From Halomicrobium mukohataei DSM 12286 (GTDB taxonomy: Archaea > Halobacteriota > Halobacteria > Halobacteriales > Haloarculaceae), in NCBI RefSeq assembly GCF_000023965.1, contig NC_013202.1:3000001-3032000 (forward strand): a stretch of 32,000 nucleotides of DNA, given 5' to 3'. How positions within the stretch are numbered: position 1 is the stretch's first letter; each line of letters begins with the position of its first letter. Below the pieces are notes generated by a model that was not told where the DNA came from, did no database searches, and saw nothing but the letters and a program-made list of their open reading frames with translations. A program made the translations under genes and the position numbers. Positions 25,652 to 32,000 of this stretch are shown piece after piece.

Positions 25652-25741
25652 CGGTTTGGCGCTGGCTGCAGTGATCGCACTACGGAGAGTATATATGTAT
25701 ATTGGTTAGAAATAAAATAATAGATATGTAATCTAGAAGTA

Positions 25742-25747
25742 TTTTAT
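25742..25747 (+). promoter_or_regulatory. candidate TATA box for the Tat-secreted protein gene
   Basis: TTTTAT is centred about 29 nt upstream of the ATG at 25774. Confidence 0.35.
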
Positions 25748-25773
25748 GGCTGTCATCGAAATCAAAAATTGCA

Positions 25774-26607
25774 ATGCCAAACCGAAGGACATTCCTCCTC
25801 ACTGCGGGTTCGCTCGCGACTGTCGGAGCCACCGGCGCTGTCACTGCACAGCGACAGTCACAGAAACCGACGACCGACGTAGTCGGCGAGGCGTTCCACC
25901 AGGGACTGGTGCGAAACGGCTCCGAGGGCGCGACTCGCGCGCTCGAAGGCTTCCGACTGGAGCCGTCGGTCGAGGCGACACGGGACTTCCAGGTCAACGA
26001 GGACGTGCAGGCGGATGTCGAAGCCGAGACGAACGACACCGCCACCGAACAGGACGTGGAACCGGAGTACACGTACAACGACCCGGAAAACTCGGACTCC
26101 GAGCTGGTCGTCGGCGTCAGCGACGCGGGCGGCGACGAGGTGTGGGTCGCGGTCGGGATGACACTGGAGGGGCTCAACCGCACCATCCGGAACTCCTGGT
26201 GGTGTGACGACGCCATCGGAATCGGGTACATCAACGGAGACTGGGCCCCGGTCGGAGAACCGAGCGTCAGCGCGACGGAGCGTCACTCGGCGAAGTTCAC
26301 CTCCGACGACGTGGCTCAGGACGCACTCGCCGGGACGGTCGACATCGTCAATCACAACGACTTCGGTGCCGCGGCCGGGGACTCGCTGCCCAGTGCGTCC
26401 GCGAGCCTGACCGCGAAGTTCCGGCTGCGCGACGGCGGCGAACCGAGCACGATCTGGGGATCGTACACGCACACCTTCGCCGGCTCGCCGACCTCGTCGA
26501 TACAGGGCATCTCCGGCGGTGCCGGTGGCCTCTCGGTCAATCTGAGTCTGGGCGCTGCGAACGCGTGGAGTATCGCACACCCGACCGACCCAGAGGACAA
26601 ACTGTAA
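25774..26607 (+). CDS. Tat-secreted protein of unknown function
   Basis: 277 aa. Twin-arginine signal MPNRRTFLLTAGSLATVGATGAVTA with no lipobox Cys. The mature part is acidic with a single Cys. No family recognised. Confidence 0.7.
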   Translation: MPNRRTFLLTAGSLATVGATGAVTAQRQSQKPTTDVVGEAFHQGLVRNGSEGATRALEGFRLEPSVEATRDFQVNEDVQADVEAETNDTATEQDVEPEYTYNDPENSDSELVVGVSDAGGDEVWVAVGMTLEGLNRTIRNSWWCDDAIGIGYINGDWAPVGEPSVSATERHSAKFTSDDVAQDALAGTVDIVNHNDFGAAAGDSLPSASASLTAKFRLRDGGEPSTIWGSYTHTFAGSPTSSIQGISGGAGGLSVNLSLGAANAWSIAHPTDPEDKL

Positions 26608-26618
26608 CGCCGAGCCCG

Positions 26619-27347
26619 CTAGGCCAGCCCGACGACGAACAGCAGGAACGCGACGCTACCGGAGACGATAGCTGCCCCGATCAGAGAGACGTTCCGGCCA
26701 CGCTCCAGTCCGAACCCCCAGATCACGGCCCCCCAGAGCGAGCCGACGGCGTTGAACGCCAGCGCGATCGGGGTCCAGTTCTCGATCTGGCCGAGGAGCG
26801 TCGATTGGAACGTGGCGGGCTCCATCCCCTGGCTGATCGTCATGGGATCCATCGTCACCCACAGCGCCGCGATCGCCAGGGGCATCGTCACCAGTGCCGG
26901 GACGAAGCCCCAGGCGGCGACCGTCAGCGTGTTCCCGAACGAGCCCTGTCCGCCGGCCAGTGCCGTTCCGAGATGGAGCAGTCCGGCGACGACGAACAGA
27001 ACGACCGGTACACCGACGAGCAGCGGGCCGTAGAACTGTCCCATCGCGTCGTCGATGATCGTGTCGATGTTGCGCTCGATCTCGGCGGGCTCGTCACAGC
27101 CGAAGGTGGTGTTCATCTCGGAGAAGCTCTCGTTCATCCGCCCGTCACAGAACTGGTCGGAGGGTCGGTCCGGATTGTCGACCATCACGGTGCCGTCGAT
27201 CTTCGCCGTGAAGACCGCGCCGAGTCCGGCCACCATCACGAGCGTGCCGACCACGACCAGTGCGGCCACGATCAGGCCGCGATCGAACGTCGGCTCGCGG
27301 TCTGCGAAGTATCTATCCGGGCGGAGGAGGGGCGTTCGCGGGGCCAT
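26619..27347 (-). CDS. Yip1-domain-like integral membrane protein (tentative)
   Basis: I prefer the ATG at 27347 (MAPRTPLLRPDRYFADREPTFDRG...) over the track start at 27449. One TM, an extracytoplasmic segment of about 70 aa with 2 Cys, then four more TM helices. The layout resembles haloarchaeal YIP1-family proteins. The stop is 11 nt from the convergent Tat-protein stop. Confidence 0.55.
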   Translation of the reverse strand: MAPRTPLLRPDRYFADREPTFDRGLIVAALVVVGTLVMVAGLGAVFTAKIDGTVMVDNPDRPSDQFCDGRMNESFSEMNTTFGCDEPAEIERNIDTIIDDAMGQFYGPLLVGVPVVLFVVAGLLHLGTALAGGQGSFGNTLTVAAWGFVPALVTMPLAIAALWVTMDPMTISQGMEPATFQSTLLGQIENWTPIALAFNAVGSLWGAVIWGFGLERGRNVSLIGAAIVSGSVAFLLFVVGLA

Positions 27348-27470
27348 GTACGGACGGCTGCGGAGACGAATGAAATGCTTTGTGGATTCCGATGAGAGAG
27401 CGAACGTCGCGGGACCGACGGACGCCCCGGCAACGGTTGGATTTTTCACGGGCCACGTTGACCGTCAGGT

Positions 27471-28529
27471 ATGCGCGTCGCGTTCGTCGCCATGGAGACG
27501 ACCCACCACCGGGACACAGAGGGGGCCCGCCGACTCGAACGCGTCGCCCAGCAGCTGACCGAGCGGGGCCACGAGGTGACGATCTACTGCGCTCGCTGGT
27601 GGGACAGCGACCTGCGGACCTTCGAGCCCGACGACATCACCTACCGCGCGGTGACGGCGACGCCGAACGCGGCAGCGTTCGCGACGCGCCTGCCCGTTCG
27701 TCTCGCGCGCCACCCGCCGGACGTGATCCACGCCAGTCCGCGCCCGCCCGGTGGCGTCGTGGGGGCCAGCGTCGGCGGGACGATCACGCGCGCCCCAGTG
27801 CTGGTCGACTGGTTCGGCGACGAGGCGATCGGTGGCAGCCGACTGGTCGACCGCGCGGCAAAGAGCCCGGACTGCGTGGTCACGCCGTCGGAGATGGTCC
27901 GGACGACCGTCCGGGAACACGGTGCCAGCAGCGACCGGACGGCGATCGTCCCGGAGAGCATCGACATGGGGCAGATCCGAGACACCGATCCCGCAGCGAC
28001 CGTCGACGTGGCCTTCGCCCATCCGTTAGACGAGAGCGCCAACGTCGAGAGCCTCCTGCTCGGCCTGGCAGAGCTCCGGGAACGGGACTGGTCGGCGAAG
28101 ATCGTCGGCGACGGCCCCTACCGCGAGGACTACGAGCGACAGGTCCGCGACCTTCGCATCGAGGACCGCGTCGAGTTCGTCGGAGCCTGTGACCGCGAGG
28201 AACGAATCAGCATCTACCGGGGCGCACACGTCTTCGTCCAGACGGCCTACCGGGAGTACTTCGCCAGCGAGTTGCTGTGGGCACTCGCCTGTGGCTGTAT
28301 CGGCATCGTCGAGTATCAGGCCCGCTCTAGCGCCCACGAGCTGATCGAACACCGCGAGCGCAGCTTCCGGGTCACGAGCACCCAGCAGATGGCCGACGCC
28401 ATCGTCGCGAGCGGCGACTACCCCCACGAGACGATCGACGAATCGCTCGCCGAGTACGACCACGACGCCGTCCGCGAGCAGTATCTCGAACACTACCGGC
28501 GGCTGATCGAGGCCCACGGCCTGCTGTGA
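27471..28529 (+). CDS. GT4-family (GT-B fold) glycosyltransferase
   Basis: 352 aa. The N-terminus MRVAFVAMETTHHRDTEGARRLERVAQQLTERGHEVTIYC is typical of group-1 glycosyltransferases. The C-terminal half carries an E-x7-E-like region (…QTAYREYFASELLWALACGCIGIV…). Confidence 0.8.
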   Translation: MRVAFVAMETTHHRDTEGARRLERVAQQLTERGHEVTIYCARWWDSDLRTFEPDDITYRAVTATPNAAAFATRLPVRLARHPPDVIHASPRPPGGVVGASVGGTITRAPVLVDWFGDEAIGGSRLVDRAAKSPDCVVTPSEMVRTTVREHGASSDRTAIVPESIDMGQIRDTDPAATVDVAFAHPLDESANVESLLLGLAELRERDWSAKIVGDGPYREDYERQVRDLRIEDRVEFVGACDREERISIYRGAHVFVQTAYREYFASELLWALACGCIGIVEYQARSSAHELIEHRERSFRVTSTQQMADAIVASGDYPHETIDESLAEYDHDAVREQYLEHYRRLIEAHGLL

Positions 28530-28605
28530 ACGCTGCGCGCGGTGATACAACCGACACAGTGGATTCGTGAGGGCAGTGGCGAGGATCGCTCGAAGACACA
28601 AGTCG

Positions 28606-31104
28606 TCACTCGTCCGTATCGTCTGTGTCCGCCGCTCGTGGTCCTGGGTGCCCACCGTCGGCCGTCGCTGTCACGCCCTGAGAAGGCGTACTTGCGTCGT
28701 GGTCCGACCGCTCGCTGGCATCCGAATCGTCCCCAACAGGTGAGACAACAATTTCAGTCTCTGACTTGCCCTCGACTGCCATATCGTTCGCCGACAGCTC
28801 GGCGTCGTCCGTACCAGTGGGACTGGTCTCCGCCGACGGCTCGGCATCGACGGCGAAGCCATCGACGGTCGTCTGGAGGCGAGTCGCCCGGTCACTGAGC
28901 GTCTGAGCACTGTCCGCGATGGCAGCCGCGGAGTTCGTCTGCTCGTTCGCGGCTCCGGACACGTCCGTAGCAGTCTCGTTCATCTCGCTGCCGTGGGCCG
29001 CGACATCCGCCACCATCTCCTCGACTTCGCGGGTGGATGCCGCCTGCTCGTCGGTTAGCGCGTCGATGGACTGGACGCCCTCGTCAACGGCCTCGACGAG
29101 GTCGACGATTGCCTCTATCTCTCTGAGCCCGGCTTCGATCGTTTCGGTGCCGTCCTCGACGGTGGTCTGCATGGTCCGCATCTCTGTGGCAGCGTCGCCC
29201 GCCGAGTCCCGTACGTCCTCGACGATCTCGTCGATCTCGTGAGTCGCGGACTGGACCTCAGAGGACAACCGCTTGATCTCGTCGGCGACGACACCGAACC
29301 CATCACCGTCCTCGCCGGCTCGCGCTGCCTCGATCGAGGCGTTCAGTGCGAGCATGTTCGTCCGATCAGCGATGTCTTCGATGAGTGTCGTGATGTCGCC
29401 GACACGCTCGATATCGGCTTCGAACTGCTCGATGTCGGCGGCGGTCTCGTCGGCCTGTCGCTCGATCCTGCGCATCGTCGAGGCCGACGTTTCGGCGAGG
29501 TCACGGCCGGCGTCACCGCGCTGTGCGGCCCGCCGGGAACGGTCCGCCACCTCGTCGCTCGCGTCCGCTATCTCTTCGATCGCCTTCGAGAGATCGCTCA
29601 CAGAATCGTCGATACGAGAGAGTTGCTCCTCTTGCTTTGCCGCTGCCGAGGAGATGTCCTCGATGGAGACCGAAGCCCGTTCACTCGCCTGCCTGATCGC
29701 CGCCGATCGGGTGTCGACAGTGTCACTCGCCTCGTCGACGGCCGACGCGAACGAACGGATCTCGGAGACCGTCTCCTCCAGTTGTTCGATCATCTCGTTG
29801 AACGCGGTAGCGATCGAACGCATCGCCTCGGTTTCGAGGTCGGTGTCCAGCCGCTGTGTCAGGTCGCCGTCGGCAGCCAGCTCCATGCTCTCGCCGAACT
29901 CCTGTGCGCGGGCTTCCAGCGATGTCGCGAGTGTCGACGCCTCTCGGTGGGCCGCTTCGGCCTCGGCACGAGCTTCCTGTGCGGACGCTTTCGCCTCCTC
30001 AACGCGCTGGCGTTCGGTCTCGACCGCGTCGATCTGGTCCCTGAGCGAGCGTCGCATCCGGTCGAGAGAGTCGTACACCGACCCGAACTCGTCTTCACGG
30101 CCAGTCTCGATCGGTGTCTCCAGATCGCCGTCGTCGAGGGCTGCTGCATGGGCTTCGAGATCCGAGAGCCGCCGTACCGTGTTCCGACCGATCGTCGCGC
30201 CGACAACGCCGAGACCGAGCAAGAGAACACCGAGGAGCACGACGATCCGGTCACCGACGGTCGATTTCAGCGCGTACGCCTGCTCGGACGGGACTCGATG
30301 GAGAACGGTCCAGGGTTGCCCTTCGACGCCAGAATACCCGACGGCAGTACCACCGCCAGCGCTGTGGGAGTAGAATCCGGTCGCGTTTGCCCGCTCGTCG
30401 AGCCCATCGGCCGTCGGATCACGGGTCAAGATCTGGCTGTGGTTGTCCGAGAGGACGACCCGTCCTCGATCGTTGGTCACAGATAGCGTCCCGCCCTCGT
30501 TGCTCGCCTCCCCACTCCCGAGCAGGCGCTCTGAGAGCGCCGGAAGTTCGACCACGACGACGATAGCTCGTTCGTCGTTGCTCGGTATCTGTGTGGCCAC
30601 GAGCATGACCGGCGTCTCGTCGGGAGCCCGGAACGGCGGCGAGTGCTCGACGGTTCCGGCGGCACCTGCGACGGTGGTACTGACAGTCTCCGAAAGATTA
30701 CCGGTGATACGATCGTCGTCGGTCGTGATCCGACTATCTCCGCTGTTGACCGTTGCCATCCCCGTCGATTCGTTGACGACGTAAGCACCGGAGATCGCCT
30801 CGCGTTCCGCGAGGCGAACGAGACGGTCACCCATCCGGAACTGGTCTCCGGAGCGGAACGCGGTCGTCCGCCGCATCGAATAGATCTCCCGGTCAGTTCG
30901 GTCGAACCAGTTGTCGATCTGATCGGCTTCACCGTGTGCTGTCGACGTGAGCCGATCGCGCGTTTCGCCGTCGAGTCGGTCGTCGACGGTCGTGTATATC
31001 GATGCCCCCGCAATGCCCGTCAGTGTGAATATCAGGAATAACAATAAACCGAACCGGTACGCGTACCGCCTCTCTATTGCGTTTCGAAGTGTTCTGAGCG
31101 GCAT
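28606..31104 (-). CDS. methyl-accepting chemotaxis protein / halobacterial transducer (Htr)
   Basis: The track start at 31107 is TTG, and the ATG is at 31102-31104. TM1 ([18 protein letters not shown]), an extracytoplasmic sensor domain of about 260 aa, then TM2 ([20 protein letters not shown]). HAMP and coiled-coil repeats follow, then the conserved signalling hairpin tip ([35 protein letters not shown]) and a long acidic C-terminal tail. Confidence 0.9.
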   Translation of the reverse strand: MPLRTLRNAIERRYAYRFGLLLFLIFTLTGIAGASIYTTVDDRLDGETRDRLTSTAHGEADQIDNWFDRTDREIYSMRRTTAFRSGDQFRMGDRLVRLAEREAISGAYVVNESTGMATVNSGDSRITTDDDRITGNLSETVSTTVAGAAGTVEHSPPFRAPDETPVMLVATQIPSNDERAIVVVVELPALSERLLGSGEASNEGGTLSVTNDRGRVVLSDNHSQILTRDPTADGLDERANATGFYSHSAGGGTAVGYSGVEGQPWTVLHRVPSEQAYALKSTVGDRIVVLLGVLLLGLGVVGATIGRNTVRRLSDLEAHAAALDDGDLETPIETGREDEFGSVYDSLDRMRRSLRDQIDAVETERQRVEEAKASAQEARAEAEAAHREASTLATSLEARAQEFGESMELAADGDLTQRLDTDLETEAMRSIATAFNEMIEQLEETVSEIRSFASAVDEASDTVDTRSAAIRQASERASVSIEDISSAAAKQEEQLSRIDDSVSDLSKAIEEIADASDEVADRSRRAAQRGDAGRDLAETSASTMRRIERQADETAADIEQFEADIERVGDITTLIEDIADRTNMLALNASIEAARAGEDGDGFGVVADEIKRLSSEVQSATHEIDEIVEDVRDSAGDAATEMRTMQTTVEDGTETIEAGLREIEAIVDLVEAVDEGVQSIDALTDEQAASTREVEEMVADVAAHGSEMNETATDVSGAANEQTNSAAAIADSAQTLSDRATRLQTTVDGFAVDAEPSAETSPTGTDDAELSANDMAVEGKSETEIVVSPVGDDSDASERSDHDASTPSQGVTATADGGHPGPRAADTDDTDE

Positions 31105-31107
31105 CAA

Positions 31108-31190
31108 TTTACAAGATATGATATTCGTAGAAAGAAGTAGCTATGAGGGATCTATATAAGTATATACCAGGTTCAATGGAACAGTTAGAT
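31108..31190. promoter_or_regulatory. AT-rich divergent promoter region (Htr gene / downstream plus-strand gene)
   Basis: A pronounced AT-rich block including TATATAAGTATATA (31153-31166) lies between two divergently oriented genes. Individual boxes were not assigned. Confidence 0.35.
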
Positions 31191-31287
31191 TCCGTCCGAG
31201 AGTGCTTTTTCGGCGAGTAATTCCGGCCGGGACTCTCGACAGCCGGTGACACAAGGTGTTTACTCGTCGGGCCGATACCCATCCCCA

Positions 31288-32000
31288 GTGACCACAGAGG
31301 ACGACGCCGAGGCCGGCGGTGACGACGCGGGCGACCAGCCCGAGACGGTGACCGTCGCCGACGTGTACGACGCCATCGACGCGGTCGGCAAACCACACCT
31401 CACCCCGGCGGAAGTGGCCGCCAAGACCGGACTCACCGCCGACGAAGCCCGCGAGGCGCTTGAACGGCTGGGCGAAGACGCGGAACTGGAGCGCCAGGAC
31501 GTGAGCGGCGCAGAGGCGGTCTACTACCCGCCGGATCTGGACGCGGTGACGGATCGGGAGCGCGTGATCCTCTTCCCCGACCGCCACGAGGTCGTCGTGG
31601 AACACGCGGACCAGTTCACCCGGGCACAGCTCTCGCAGTTCGCCCACCTCGTCGACACGAACCGCGCCGGCGGTGCCATCTACGAGATCCGCGAGGAGGA
31701 CGTGTGGCAGGCACCCTACGAGTCCCTCGACGAGCTGCTGGCGACGATCCACGACGTGGTCGGCGAGCGCTCCGAACACTTAGAGGAGTGGGTTCGGAGC
31801 CAGTGGGAACGCGCCCGGAAGTTCCGGCTCGTCACCCACGAGGACGGCTACACCGTCCTCGAAGCCGAGAACGACGACCTGATGGGCAACGTCGCCCGCC
31901 AGAAGCTCGACGACGACGTGTTGCGCGCGCCGATTTCGGACTCGGAGTCGTGGGTCAACGAGGAGATGACCGCCCAGCTGAAACGGACGCTGTACGAGGC
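31288..32000 (+). CDS. 5' part of a CDS running out of the window; winged-helix-like N-terminus, possibly XPB/Rad25-type helicase N-terminal region
   Basis: An open frame with strong GC3 bias runs from the stop at 31186-31188 to the window end. There is no ATG, and the GTG candidates are 31288 (VTTEDDAEAGG...) and 31246. The translation includes ...HLTPAEVAAKTGLTADEAREALERLGED... (HTH-like) and ...IYEIREEDVWQAPYESLDELLATI...FRLVTHEDGYTVLEAEN...LKRTLYE. This reminds me of helicase-associated N-terminal domains of XPB-like proteins. It is antisense to the spurious track ORF 31141..31779. Confidence 0.5.
   Translation, partial: MTTEDDAEAGGDDAGDQPETVTVADVYDAIDAVGKPHLTPAEVAAKTGLTADEAREALERLGEDAELERQDVSGAEAVYYPPDLDAVTDRERVILFPDRHEVVVEHADQFTRAQLSQFAHLVDTNRAGGAIYEIREEDVWQAPYESLDELLATIHDVVGERSEHLEEWVRSQWERARKFRLVTHEDGYTVLEAENDDLMGNVARQKLDDDVLRAPISDSESWVNEEMTAQLKRTLYE

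Noticed and set aside
25746-26207. 153-aa plus-strand ORF and 184-aa minus-strand ORF (25680..26234) overlapping the Tat-protein gene
   Set aside because: Both are R/G-rich or S/T/P-rich off-frame translations. The frame starting at 25774 has the Tat signal, acidic composition and GC3 bias.
25774-26607. Tat-signal protein as a halocin precursor with adjacent immunity or transport genes
   Set aside because: There is no Cys-rich or hydrophobic C-terminal peptide, and no ABC transporter or obvious immunity gene. I cannot see similarity to HalC8, HalH4 or HalS8 as I remember them. It is kept only as an orphan secreted protein.

Overview
This window is a GC-rich archaeal chromosomal segment (roughly two-thirds G+C by eye, with strong G/C at codon position 3). 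The predicted proteins are very acidic and include archaeal hallmarks: sn-glycerol-1-phosphate dehydrogenase, geranylgeranyl reductase, KH/beta-CASP aCPSF1 and an Htr-type transducer. The source is therefore almost certainly a haloarchaeon (Halobacteria).

I count about 24 credible protein genes, nearly all housekeeping:
- a PAPS-reductase-family protein
- a 2Fe-2S ferredoxin divergent from a geranylgeranyl reductase
- an M20 amidohydrolase
- aCPSF1/FttA
- an ATP-grasp-like protein
- ProS
- a beta-helix/TM/zinc-ribbon/FHA membrane protein
- GdhA directly followed by the large glutamate synthase GltB
- an SDR epimerase
- EgsA
- an S9 peptidase
- a Tat-secreted orphan
- a Yip1-like membrane protein
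- a GT4 glycosyltransferase
- an MCP/Htr transducer
- the 5' part of a possible XPB/Rad25-like gene

I found no rRNA, tRNA, CRISPR array, transposase, integrase, prophage or recognisable defence gene. I do not see a convincing novel multi-gene system, and claiming one would be over-reach. Most long ORFs in the track with R/P/G/A-rich translations are antisense or off-frame artefacts of the GC content.

The item most worth follow-up is non-coding: a family of 78-79 bp imperfect palindromes, 5 copies at 3 loci (4287-4447, 13046-13124, 23098-23257).
- Termini are conserved (TACGG..TTGTAG..TACC / GGTA..CTACAA..CCGTA) and length is constant.
- The inner stems vary in sequence but stay base-paired.
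- Copies are bounded by the triplet TGA (or its complement TCA).
- They sit directly on gene 3' ends, and twice the flanking triplet is a gene's own stop codon.

Secondary items:
- an 88-bp direct duplication of the proS 3' end plus its terminator hairpin
- a 40-aa TRASH-like zinc-finger gene missing from the ORF track
- an ArnA-like zinc-ribbon/FHA module fused to an extracellular beta-helix
- a Nudix-fold protein with a degenerate Nudix box

All functional calls rest on motif and architecture recognition by eye. No database search or folding program was available.
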